A stretch of DNA of 64,000 bases. It comes from Candidatus Atelocyanobacterium thalassae. Its GTDB lineage: Bacteria > Cyanobacteriota > Cyanobacteriia > Cyanobacteriales > Microcystaceae. Every line of letters begins with the position of its first letter. The first letter of the stretch is position 1. The notes under the pieces were generated by a model. The model saw nothing but the letters and a program-made list of their open reading frames with translations. It had not been told where the DNA came from and did no database searches. The stretch spans positions 128,001-192,000 of the forward strand of contig JBFPLN010000001.1 of the NCBI GenBank assembly GCA_051971635.1, given 5' to 3'. Positions 54,478-64,000 of the stretch are shown piece by piece. Both the position numbers and the translations under genes were made by a program.

Positions 54478-55173
54478 CTAAGAAGATAGCACATCACCAC
54501 AATTTTTATTAATAGGGATTGCTTGTTCTATTTTGGAAGGTTGGGGTAACTCGAGATTATTCATAAGATTTATAAAATCTTGACGATTAATTCCTGTAAA
54601 GCGAGAGTTAGCTCTTTTCTCTTCTCCTATAGTCGATACAGTAAATCCTTGGTAATCATGTCCTGGATACACTAAAGTTTCGTCAGGTAAATTAAAGAGT
54701 TTCATAGTTACAGAATCATAAAGAACTCCTGCATCACCACTCTGAAAATCTGTTCTTCCACATCCCCTAATTAATAGAGTGTCTCCAGTTAGTACTAGAG
54801 ATTGATTTATTAAATACGAACAGTGGCTATCTGTGTGCCCAGGAGTATATATAGCCTTAATCTTTATATTACCTAAGAATAAAATTTCTTTATCCTTAAT
54901 ATGATGATCTGCACATTTTACAATTTCGTTTTTGGGTATAATTCCTAGACATTTGGTCAATTCTCTTAACTTGCCTGTGCCTGTTATATGATCAGCATGA
55001 ATATGAGTTTCTATGCAGTATTTTAGTGTTAATTTTAATTCTTTAATTAACTTAATATCTCTTGTAACATTCTCAAATACTGGGTCAACTAAGACAGCTT
55101 CTCCCGTATGAATATCAGCAATTAGATAGGTATATGTTGATGATTCTTTATCAAATAGCTGACGAAAAAGCAT
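54478..55173 (-). CDS. MBL-fold hydrolase, ETHE1-like persulfide dioxygenase
   Basis: MLFRQLFD.ESSTYTYL, THIHADHITG, TPGHT, GCGRTDFQ, YPGHDY. Confidence 0.9.
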   Translation of the reverse strand: MLFRQLFDKESSTYTYLIADIHTGEAVLVDPVFENVTRDIKLIKELKLTLKYCIETHIHADHITGTGKLRELTKCLGIIPKNEIVKCADHHIKDKEILFLGNIKIKAIYTPGHTDSHCSYLINQSLVLTGDTLLIRGCGRTDFQSGDAGVLYDSVTMKLFNLPDETLVYPGHDYQGFTVSTIGEEKRANSRFTGINRQDFINLMNNLELPQPSKIEQAIPINKNCGDVLSS

Positions 55174-55703
55174 AAGAAAATGTAGTGATGTCACCATACA
55201 TTGTACAGTATTGGAAGAGCCTTTTTTGAAGGAATTTTGCAAATAACAAAATATATTATTATGTTTTTAATAATACAAATCATTATGATAATGAACTTAA
55301 TACTAAGTGATTTATTTCTTTAATAAACATAAATATATTTGTATACTTGTAACAATATTTATAAAATATTAGAGATTAGTATATTAAGCTAATAAACAAA
55401 GATTTACTAAGTAAAACAAAAAAAATGATGATAATATAGGTGTTTTTTTTGCACTTTAAAATACTTCTTATATTTTTAGTTGTGTCAAAATTTTATAGAT
55501 GTAGACAATACTTACACAATTAAGTAAATAAAATTATTAATTGTTTTGCTAACAACGAATAAAGCATTATAAAACGATTAATCAAATACTTTTGTATATA
55601 TAATCATATATTTTTAAAAATTTATTATACTTATTGAATATATTTATATACTGATGATTTATCTTAATTAATAAATATACAAACATGGAGAGTAGTTAAT
55701 AGA

Positions 55704-56906
55704 GTGTCATATCAAGAATTGACTCAGAAAATTGTAACTTCAGATCTTTATAGTTATTACTTTTCTAAAATTACTTGTCAAAGAGCATGGATGCAGATAG
55801 ATCTTGATGCCTTAGTTTATAACGTAACTCAAATTAAAAATTTATTATCTACTGAAACTGAACTAATGGCAGTTGTAAAAGCTGATGGTTATGGCCATGG
55901 GGGAGTTACTGTAGCTAAGACAGTACTTAAGGCAGGAGCAAGTGCTTTAGCTGTGGCTACGTTAGTTGAAGGGATAGAATTACGCGAAGCAGGTATTAAT
56001 TCACCAATATTAGTATTAGGTGTAACGAATACACCTGAAGAGGTAGTTGCGAATATTCACTGGAATTTAGAAGCTACACTTTGCTGTCCAGAACAAGCTT
56101 TTATGATTTCTAGAACTTTATCTCAATATAAAAAGCAATTATCTGTCCATCTTAAATTAGATACAGGAATGTCTCGTTTAGGTACTCCTTGGTATCAAGG
56201 GACTAGATTAATTAAATTAATACAAAAACTACCATATTTGACATTATCAGGTATTTATTCTCATCTTTCTTCATCTGATGATCAAAATACTACAAGTGTA
56301 GAATTGCAACATCAACGTTTTGAAACAGTAATTTCTAATTTGAAACACCATAATAAACCTTGTTTACATTTTGCTAATTCTGCAGCTACAATTAACCATC
56401 CTCAGTTACACTATAGTTTGGTGAGAGTAGGTTTAGCTCTATACGGTCTGTATCCATCTCCTCATTTACGTTCTAGAGTTTCTTTGAGGCCTATATTGCA
56501 AGTCAAAGCAAAGATTACTCAAATTAAAACTATTTCTCAAGGAACAAAAGTTAGTTATGGCTATCAATTTACCAGTAGGCACTCAATGATAATTGCAATA
56601 GTTAGTATAGGTTATGCTGATGGTGTTCCTCGAAACTTATCAAATCGGCTTCAAGTATTAATTCATGGTCAAAGGGCAAATCAAATTGGAGCTATTACTA
56701 TGGATCAGTTAATACTAGATATAAGTCACTTGAAAAATATAAGAGTTGGAGATATAGCAACATTAATTGGTAAAGATGGAGAACAAGAAATTACAGCGGA
56801 TGACTGGGCATCAGAATTAGGAACTATTTCTTGGGAAATTCTTTGTGGCTTTAAGCGAAGATTGCCTAGAGTCAATATTCAAAATCTTTTTAATAAAGAT
56901 CAGTAA
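55704..56906 (+). CDS. alr: Alanine racemase
   Basis: AVVKADGYGHG, HLKLDTGMSRLG, SYG, GYADG, TMDQ, GTISWE. Confidence 0.96.
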   Translation: MSYQELTQKIVTSDLYSYYFSKITCQRAWMQIDLDALVYNVTQIKNLLSTETELMAVVKADGYGHGGVTVAKTVLKAGASALAVATLVEGIELREAGINSPILVLGVTNTPEEVVANIHWNLEATLCCPEQAFMISRTLSQYKKQLSVHLKLDTGMSRLGTPWYQGTRLIKLIQKLPYLTLSGIYSHLSSSDDQNTTSVELQHQRFETVISNLKHHNKPCLHFANSAATINHPQLHYSLVRVGLALYGLYPSPHLRSRVSLRPILQVKAKITQIKTISQGTKVSYGYQFTSRHSMIIAIVSIGYADGVPRNLSNRLQVLIHGQRANQIGAITMDQLILDISHLKNIRVGDIATLIGKDGEQEITADDWASELGTISWEILCGFKRRLPRVNIQNLFNKDQ

Positions 56907-57047
56907 CTATGTAATTTATGATTTTTTTGTATGGAAGCTAAAACTAATTTTACTATTTACTCATTTACTTTTAACATTCCTCTAAAATATTGAAGATAAT
57001 ACTAAAGAAAATGAAAGTTCATAGATATTCTAAATCAACTTTAATTA

Positions 57048-57557
57048 ATGTCTATATTACACTCTATTCTAATAAACCAGGAAGAAACTCATAACATTTA
57101 CGAGTTATATACTATACATCCTACAAAATTTATAATATATAATTACGCCGAACTTTTACCTAATTGGAACAAATCTCCTCATTCTATAATTATTATTTTA
57201 CTATATTCCGCAATACCTTTAGATGACAACTCTATACGAATTAAAAAAGAAAAAAACAGACTAAGACAAAATTTTTTACAATTAGGAAAAACTATCCAAC
57301 TAATTTTACAAAAAAAACAGTACTTAGCCGAGGTTATAGATCCTCGAGATGGAAAACCAATTAGTTCAGTTTCTGGTAATATTTTTTTTGATAGTGTAGC
57401 AGTTGTTCATAAGTCATTAAAAATAAATTATATTGCTGCTAAGAAATGCAAGTTACTATATCATCCGTATAAAAAGACAAGTATTTATCCAGGCCTAATA
57501 ATCTCCAACGCTAGAGTTAATAGACTTAATAATTTAATAACAGCAAGTATTCCTTAA
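57048..57557 (+). CDS. MMADHC/CblD-like protein (cobalamin trafficking family)
   Basis: EKNRLR..FL.LG, EVIDPRDG.P, HP....YP pattern typical of cyanobacterial CblD-like proteins. Confidence 0.7.
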   Translation: MSILHSILINQEETHNIYELYTIHPTKFIIYNYAELLPNWNKSPHSIIIILLYSAIPLDDNSIRIKKEKNRLRQNFLQLGKTIQLILQKKQYLAEVIDPRDGKPISSVSGNIFFDSVAVVHKSLKINYIAAKKCKLLYHPYKKTSIYPGLIISNARVNRLNNLITASIP

Positions 57558-57737
57558 AGATTAAATCAAATAGGCTTTATATACTAATTATCAAAGCTTA
57601 TTAATTTCAAACTATCATTATTTAGCGTGAACATAGCTTACTAATATCTTCGATGTTTTGAAAATATTAAAAGACAAAAAGATTACTCTATCTCTAGAGG
57701 TGTATCTTGTTCATGAAAATATAATACAGGAATTAAC

Positions 57738-57787
57738 ACTACTTAAAAATAATTAAGATATTAATATTTTAATTATTTTTAAGTAGT
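57738..57787. terminator. Near-perfect 25-bp palindrome downstream of rpsF
   Basis: actacttaaaaataattaagatatt / aatattttaattatttttaagtagt, one G-T mismatch. Confidence 0.7.
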
Positions 57788-57802
57788 ACAAAAAGCAGAA
57801 GA

Positions 57803-58243
57803 TTAACCTTCAGAAACAACTGGTTCCGCTATTTTTGTTTCAACAGTTTCAGATTCAGAAGCTTTAGATGTAGTTTTTTCTGATTCTTCTGGTTTTTCTT
57901 TAACTTCAGAATTAGAATCATCATTATCAAGCTCAGAAGCCTGTTCAATTGAATCTTCGTCTAATTTAATTGTAAGGTAGCGTAAGACATCTTCTTCTAA
58001 ACGCATTATTCTTTCCAAAGGTTCAATTTGTGTACCATCGGCTTGGTAATTAAACTGAACATATATACCATCAAGTTTTTTCTGAATAGGATAAGCAAGA
58101 CGACGCTTTCCCCAAACTTTTACCTTGATATCAACAGCACTATTTTTGGTTAAAAAGTCTTGATATTTACTTACAGCTTGATTTGCCTGCTCTTCAGACA
58201 GATCAGGACGTAAAATATAAATCATTTCATAATGTTGACTCAT
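57803..58243 (-). CDS. rpsF: 30S ribosomal protein S6 with acidic tail
   Basis: [26 protein letters not shown]. Confidence 0.97.
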   Translation of the reverse strand: MSQHYEMIYILRPDLSEEQANQAVSKYQDFLTKNSAVDIKVKVWGKRRLAYPIQKKLDGIYVQFNYQADGTQIEPLERIMRLEEDVLRYLTIKLDEDSIEQASELDNDDSNSEVKEKPEESEKTTSKASESETVETKIAEPVVSEG

Positions 58244-58252
58244 TACTTTAAA

Positions 58253-58311
58253 CTCCTTTTGGACATATTGGCTTCTAGTTTAGTCATAATTTTCTGATTA
58301 AGAAGCAAGGA
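58253..58311 (-). promoter_or_regulatory. S6:S18 ribosomal protein leader RNA
   Basis: Minus strand TCCTTGCTTCT...AGAAGCCAATATGTCCAAAAGGAG: stem, CCR element and pairing with the SD, as in rpsF leaders. Confidence 0.7.
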
Positions 58312-58352
58312 TCGTTGAAGACTAATGCTAATACAAAACAATAAAGTCTTAC

Positions 58353-58456
58353 TTTTGGCATAAATTCTTCAATACTACACCATTGTCGAATGTAACTCTT
58401 GCGAAAGATGAATCAGATATAGTTAACTTAACTGATTATTAACGTTTATGCCAAGA
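58353..58456. ncRNA. Candidate structured RNA (multi-branch junction), family not recognised
   Basis: Closing stem ttggcataaa/tttatgccaa encloses three hairpins, one with a GNRA tetraloop. Confidence 0.35.
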
Positions 58457-58481
58457 TTTTGAAAGTAAATTAGATTTAAAA

Positions 58482-58517
58482 TATAAAAGTTCTAAGGTTA
58501 AGCTTAGAACTTTTATA
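58482..58517. repeat. Perfect 15-bp inverted repeat
   Basis: tataaaagttctaag / gttaag / cttagaacttttata. Confidence 0.8.
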
Positions 58518-58787
58518 CTTATCTTCAAAGAGAAATCATGCTACTTTAAGTTCAATTTTTATAAAAAAATTAATTTTTACTTTGATGACATAACTTTCTA
58601 GATTTATGTAAAAAATAGTAAATCTTATGAAAGCTAACTAAAATTATTAAATATTTACTTCCTAGTTATAATTCTTATTTCTTTAGCAATTTATTACATA
58701 AGACTTCAACAAGAATGAATAGTTTACTAGGAAGATGATAAGAAAAGAGTCTTATGCATTTGTTTAAACTAATAGATTTAGACTTAA

Positions 58788-59294
58788 TTAACGAATACGT
58801 GAATAAGCAGCTTCCGAAATAGTAGGAATTTCAGCATATCTACCTAATACACTTTGAATCATAGAATAATAGGAAGCAACAAGACCTCCTAAAAATATAA
58901 GACTATAAAAAGTTTCTATGAACAAACCACTATGTCCTAAAGTGGGAATTAAAACATATTGCATTACAATTCTTGCTAAGGCTAATGAAATTGATATAAG
59001 AATAGATTGCATTGTATTGTAGCGAATAAAATGACTAATCTTTTCATTTCTTACAACTGCTGCAAAGAGTATAATAAATACTGCAAAGCTAGCAAAACTT
59101 CCTAGAGGTCCTAGCAACGATGCAAGAAGTCCATAGCTTAATTCTACTGGTAAAGCAGGAAAACAAAAAAAACCAAAAGCAGGAAACTGTTGTAATAAGA
59201 AGCTTCCAAAAAATAGAGTATCATAAATAGCAAAACAATAGACTATGATTCCAAAAATACGATCCGGTATACTTACTGATCCACGCCAGGTCAT
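58788..59294 (-). CDS. Tic20 family protein (Ycf60)
   Basis: MTWRG...DRIF, VVRNEKISHFIRYNTMQSIL, G.YAEIP.ISEAAY. Confidence 0.9.
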   Translation of the reverse strand: MTWRGSVSIPDRIFGIIVYCFAIYDTLFFGSFLLQQFPAFGFFCFPALPVELSYGLLASLLGPLGSFASFAVFIILFAAVVRNEKISHFIRYNTMQSILISISLALARIVMQYVLIPTLGHSGLFIETFYSLIFLGGLVASYYSMIQSVLGRYAEIPTISEAAYSRIR

Positions 59295-59436
59295 TCTTAA
59301 TACTCCTTTGTTCCTAAAAAATTGAATATCATTAATGTACAACATTTATAGAAAATAATATTATTCAGTTCTAATCTGTATAAATTTACATAAGATTTTT
59401 TTGAAAAACTAATTTAATATTGTAATTTCTATCAAT

Positions 59437-59976
59437 TTATTTTAAATCTAGCAATCCTTTTTCTTTTAATTTAGGATTAAATCGAATCTCAACACTACTA
59501 CCACGCTCCAAAAGAGATTTTTCAATATCACTTTGGACTTGTCTAGCAATTTTTTTCAGAAGTTTTATTTGAGATATTTCATCGCTATTAGCATAAATTA
59601 CTCTATCTTCTTCTGTCATTTTTATTTTTGCATCAATAGGCTGAGTCCACAGCATTTGATATTCGCTGTTTTTAAGAATACACTCTTCATATTGTTCAGT
59701 CCAATTCATTTTAATTTGTTCTAAGATACTGCGGTTAGGATGTTCCATAATCTCAAACTTTAGCCAATAACAATTATCTGGTTGACGTACTAAATGTTGT
59801 TTTAAACTTAAATAAATATCACGAGAATAGCCTATAAATTGGATATGTTTACCTTTATTGAAGATTGCATAAACTCCTATTTTTCTGCATAATTTGTCAT
59901 CTATTAATCCATCATCATTTAGATATGGAAAGTAATCTAATGATTGCAAATCTGATACTTTATCTTTGGTAGTCAT
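59437..59976 (-). CDS. GIY-YIG domain protein (cyanobacteria/plastid conserved type)
   Basis: IGVYAIF...QFIGYSRD...SL.QHL.RQP; C-terminal FNPKLKEKGLLDLK. Confidence 0.82.
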   Translation of the reverse strand: MTTKDKVSDLQSLDYFPYLNDDGLIDDKLCRKIGVYAIFNKGKHIQFIGYSRDIYLSLKQHLVRQPDNCYWLKFEIMEHPNRSILEQIKMNWTEQYEECILKNSEYQMLWTQPIDAKIKMTEEDRVIYANSDEISQIKLLKKIARQVQSDIEKSLLERGSSVEIRFNPKLKEKGLLDLK

Positions 59977-60506
59977 AATTTTAAAAAATTGATTAGATAT
60001 TAATACCTAGTATCTTCACTGATATAATAGTGGGTCCTCAGATGAAAATTTGAAATATTGTGGTATCTATCGTAAGTAAATTATATTAGTATAATTTCAA
60101 AACTTTAATATTTCAATAAATAAGTATCTTAGTTTAAAAACTATATATGACAATAATGACTCATTCATTAAATACTTAGTCAGTTTTTTAGTTGATCTAA
60201 ATAATATATCATTTTTTAATTAGAGATATTAGAACTTAATAAGTGACTGATATTTTTATTAAAATCATTACCTGTGATTTTTAAACTACATCTCAATGTA
60301 TCTTAGGACTTACATAACTATTATTATTAATTTTGAAATAAGATATAATGGTATCACTTTTCCATAGTTATCGTATATGGTAAAAACCTATATAACTTTA
60401 TATATAAAGCTTACTAAGTTAGTAATTAATAAAAGAATTAAATGTTTTTCTAATTTTTTGAATAGATAATTACTTAGTTTCACATTTGTTATAATATTAT
60501 TATCAT

Positions 60507-60591
60507 GGAGAGGTGGCAGAGTGGTTGAATGCGGTAGTCTCGAAAACTATTTTGTTGAAAGACAACGAGGGTTCGAATCCCTCTCTCTCCG
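60507..60591 (+). tRNA. tRNA-Ser (CGA)
   Basis: GGAGAGGTGGCAGAGTGGTTGAATGCGGTAGTCTCGAAAACTATTTTGTTGAAAGACAACGAGGGTTCGAATCCCTCTCTCTCCG, long variable arm. Confidence 0.95.
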
Positions 60592-60740
60592 TTATAAATC
60601 GTAAATATTCGAAATATTATTTTTCACTTATGATTACTTATAAATAATTTGTATCTTATTTTTTTATAATTTAGAGTAAATTGTTAACCGATGATAAAAG
60701 TAAAATTTTTTTTTATTTCTAATATAGATAAATAGTAGTA

Positions 60741-61328
60741 TTATTTTTTTAAGTAGATTGGTTGTTCGTGCAAAGAACCCAATCTATCAAAAGGCCAAAA
60801 ACGAACAAAAGCTTTACCAATAATTTTGTCTTTAGGAACGAAGCCCCAGTAATGAGAATCATAGCTATTGTTCCTATTATCTCCAAGAACAAGATACTCA
60901 TTTTCCGGTACTCTACTAGGTCCATAATTGTAATTAGGAGCCTCAAAGATATACTCCTCTAATATTTTTTTACCATTTACATATACTTTTCCCGCTTTTA
61001 CTTGAATCGTTTCTCCAGGAAGTCCTATAATTCGTTTAATAAATGCATCCTTAAAATTCTCTGCCTCAAGTGATTCTGTTGGATTAAATACTATCACATC
61101 TCCTCGAACAGGTTCTCGAAAACGATAACTTAATTTCTCTATTATTAAGCGATCATTCACTTCTAAAGTTGGTCTCATGGAAGAAGAAGGAATATAACGA
61201 GCTTCAGCAAGAAATGTTCTAATACCAAAAGAAAGAATAACTGCTGTAATAACAGTTTGTATTAGTTCAATCCAAGTATTGTTTTTAGAAACCTGAGAAC
61301 TTTTATTATTTTTCGAGCTTTGAGTCAT
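60741..61328 (-). CDS. lepB: Signal peptidase I
   Basis: IPSSSMRPTL, RGDVIVF, FIKRIIGLPG, GDNRNNSYDSH.WG. Confidence 0.96.
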   Translation of the reverse strand: MTQSSKNNKSSQVSKNNTWIELIQTVITAVILSFGIRTFLAEARYIPSSSMRPTLEVNDRLIIEKLSYRFREPVRGDVIVFNPTESLEAENFKDAFIKRIIGLPGETIQVKAGKVYVNGKKILEEYIFEAPNYNYGPSRVPENEYLVLGDNRNNSYDSHYWGFVPKDKIIGKAFVRFWPFDRLGSLHEQPIYLKK

Positions 61329-61822
61329 ATAAAAATATATTATTTAATTAAGAATTAATGTTCCGAAATTTTATTAAATAGAAAAAATATGATTTTTAAA
61401 TCCACTATTTATAAAAAAATATAGTTCTTCAAGTGAACAGAGAGGTTTTTAAAAATAACTTACTAGGTATATTTCTTAATTTTCTTCTTTAACAACAAAT
61501 TTTTAATAAATAATATCTTAATTAAGAACAGTAAGATTTCTCTTTAAAGACGCTAATAATTCGAATTAGTTGCCTAGAGTTAATAATTATAATTTATTTT
61601 TTTAACAGTTTATATAAAAAACAAATCAAAGTAGAACATAAATAATAACTTATACTGTTTATCCTTAACATCATAGATCATGTCAAAATCAATACCATAG
61701 GTAAATAACTTTGAATCTAAGTTACCTGATAGCCTTAAAATTACAAAAAAATCTTCACATAGAAAGGTAAGATAGTATCTTAATTTATAGCTAAAAATAT
61801 AATTATAATAAGAGCAATTAGT

Positions 61823-63052
61823 TCAATTATTTTTTATTGCTTGATTTGTCTTTTTAATTTGCATCAAAAAATATTCTTGATCATGGTTCAGGGAGCGGGC
61901 CAAAATCAGACCTTCCGTAAAAGCGGATAGTGCTAATTCATATTGAAACTTTTCCATATAGATTTCTCCTACTATGCCATATGTTTTCATCAATCCGTAG
62001 TAGTTATATGATATTTTTTCAATTTGAAGTAACTTTTGGTAAATTTGTAAAGCATAGTCAACTTGTTTATAACTTTCGTAAAGAGATGATAATTTTGTTA
62101 ATGCTTCTTCCGCAACCCTAAATAATTTCAACTTCCAGGCTAAAGTATAAGCTTCTTGATAATTTCTACTTGCTATTTCTGGCTGATCTAAAAGCTGATA
62201 ATCTTGACCAACATCAACTTTAAGTGAAGGTATAAAATGTATTTTTTGAGTCAGGAAATAGCTTCTTACTAGTTTCTCCTTAATTTTTACAGAATTATTA
62301 GTTTGTAAAGATGCATTATAAATACTAGATAAAATCTGTAGATAAAATTCTTCTAAATGAATGTTTTTTTTAATTTGTGCTCTATACAATAATTTTTCGT
62401 AAATTTTTGCTGCATTAGGAAAATCAAATTTAGCTAAATATAATTTTCCCAAGCCTTGTAATGATTTTTCTGCGACTAATGTAATTTGCTTTTTTTGAGC
62501 ATGTTTTAAAATTTGTTTATAAACTGTTATAGAGTTATCTAAGCTATTAAGTTTGAAATATGCATCCGCTAGAACCATCAAAAGATTCAAACTTATAGAA
62601 TTTTCTTCTTCAGATATTTTATATAAAATTGAGATTCGGTTACCAATAATTTGTACATCTTCCTTTCTCGCTAGTTCCCATGCAATTTTTCCTATCTCTC
62701 CTAGTCTATTAATTTCTTCAATTCTTCCTAATACTCTTCTTAGTCTTAATTCTCTATACCAGGTAGAAAAAGCTAGATCATCATTACCTATATTTAGCTC
62801 TTTTTGTGCTTTCAGATTTAATTTATTGAGATTTTTTCTTAATCGAGTCTTTTCTAAAATTGTTAATGGACGAACAGTATGTGGAAGTAGGTGATCTTTT
62901 AGAGGTATTTCTAAAGGATCTAATATAGGCTCTGGTAAAGATAGTGCTAAATCATAGAAAAGAACACAATTATTGAAACTAATGATAAAGACTATACTTC
63001 CCAAAGTGCGAATTTTATTTGTAGAGAAGAAATGAATCATAATAGTTGGCAA
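61823..63052 (-). CDS. Exported tetratricopeptide repeat protein
   Basis: N-terminal hydrophobic segment, WYRELRLRR block, helical TPR-like repeats. Start uncertain. Confidence 0.75.
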   Translation of the reverse strand: MPTIMIHFFSTNKIRTLGSIVFIISFNNCVLFYDLALSLPEPILDPLEIPLKDHLLPHTVRPLTILEKTRLRKNLNKLNLKAQKELNIGNDDLAFSTWYRELRLRRVLGRIEEINRLGEIGKIAWELARKEDVQIIGNRISILYKISEEENSISLNLLMVLADAYFKLNSLDNSITVYKQILKHAQKKQITLVAEKSLQGLGKLYLAKFDFPNAAKIYEKLLYRAQIKKNIHLEEFYLQILSSIYNASLQTNNSVKIKEKLVRSYFLTQKIHFIPSLKVDVGQDYQLLDQPEIASRNYQEAYTLAWKLKLFRVAEEALTKLSSLYESYKQVDYALQIYQKLLQIEKISYNYYGLMKTYGIVGEIYMEKFQYELALSAFTEGLILARSLNHDQEYFLMQIKKTNQAIKNN

Positions 63053-63324
63053 AATATTTTAATTAGAAATAATCTAAAAACTGTAATTATATTTACAAAA
63101 ATCAGTTTGCGATTATTTTTTTTATTTAAGAATAATTATAAATTTATATGTTTTAAAACTATCATATACACTTTTTCCTGAAAAGTTATTTTTCACTTTT
63201 TTTACTAAAACTATGAATTTTATGTTTATTAAATAGGTACTATTCTGATGAAAAGAAGTTCAATAATTATTCATTTAAAATGATATATTAATAGACACTT
63301 TTTAATAATTATCATGATTTCGAG

Positions 63325-64000
63325 CTATGTCGTATACTTTCGTGGATTGAATTTTTCTTTAGAACGAATTTGTTCGTATAAGGATACTTCTTCTTCACTA
63401 ATTTCTGAAGGAATAGCTATATGTATTTCTAATAATTGATCACCTCTTTGCCCTAATTCATTAAAATATCCTTTATCAGCTAGACGAAGCTTCTGCCCAG
63501 CTTGTATACCCTTAGGAATTGTTATCTTAACCATACCATCAATTGTAGGAATGGTAATTTCCTCTCCTAATATTGCTTCACTTGGAGTTAATAAAATCTT
63601 AGATATAATATCTATATTTTTTAATTTAAAAAATATATGAGGTGTTATTAGTATTTCAAGATATAAATCTCCTCCACTAAGCCCCTGGTCTTTAAGTCTA
63701 ATTTTTTGGCCATTAGTCATTTTAGATGGCATATCTACTTCTAGAGATCTACCATCTTCTAGGCGTATTCTTTCTCTACCTCCACGATACGCCTTTTCTA
63801 AAGGAATACTTAATTTAGCTTCAACATCTTGTGCACTATAAGAAGAACGAACAAAATTTGATTTTCTGTTAGTATCAGAATTGAAATTTATATCTTTAAA
63901 TTTTGAAAATTTATCCTTTTTCTTATTAATATAAGAATTAACCGCAGAAGAATCATGTCTTTTTTTATTAAATTTTAATCGATTATAGTCTGCTCTTTTA
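63325..64000 (-). CDS. DnaJ-class (CbpA-like) co-chaperone, 3' part; the 5' end lies beyond the window
   Basis: Frame stays open upstream of the ORF-track start to the window edge (KRADYN...QDVEAKLSIPLEKAYRGGRERIRLEDGRSLEVDMP); DnaJ_C motifs. Confidence 0.88.
   Translation of the reverse strand, partial: KRADYNRLKFNKKRHDSSAVNSYINKKKDKFSKFKDINFNSDTNRKSNFVRSSYSAQDVEAKLSIPLEKAYRGGRERIRLEDGRSLEVDMPSKMTNGQKIRLKDQGLSGGDLYLEILITPHIFFKLKNIDIISKILLTPSEAILGEEITIPTIDGMVKITIPKGIQAGQKLRLADKGYFNELGQRGDQLLEIHIAIPSEISEEEVSLYEQIRSKEKFNPRKYTT

Overview
AT-rich chromosomal segment of a genome-reduced unicellular cyanobacterium. The combination of chlD, ndhL, cupB and hypE, near-absence of HIP1 and decayed trpA/aroH fits UCYN-A (Ca. 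Atelocyanobacterium thalassa, the nitroplast lineage) best; this assignment is inference from gene content. The window holds about 46 mostly housekeeping CDSs (two partial at the edges) and 5 tRNAs. I saw no CRISPR, rRNA or IS element. Highlights: (1) an intact chromosomal plasmid-type CyRepA1 primase/helicase initiator with upstream hairpins; (2) a membrane Fe-S protein fused to a calmodulin-like four-EF-hand module; (3) an unannotated multi-branch structured RNA candidate next to an S6:S18 leader upstream of rpsF; (4) heavily eroded gene remnants (miaE, trmL, thrC-like, trpA, yqeK, aroH) at positions expected from cyanobacterial synteny; (5) many long, non-homologous perfect palindromes; (6) catalytic-motif substitutions in the asparaginase and Upp; (7) a FkbM/GT-C surface-modification operon and a SemiSWEET transporter. 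All family assignments come from motif recognition by eye; no searches were run.
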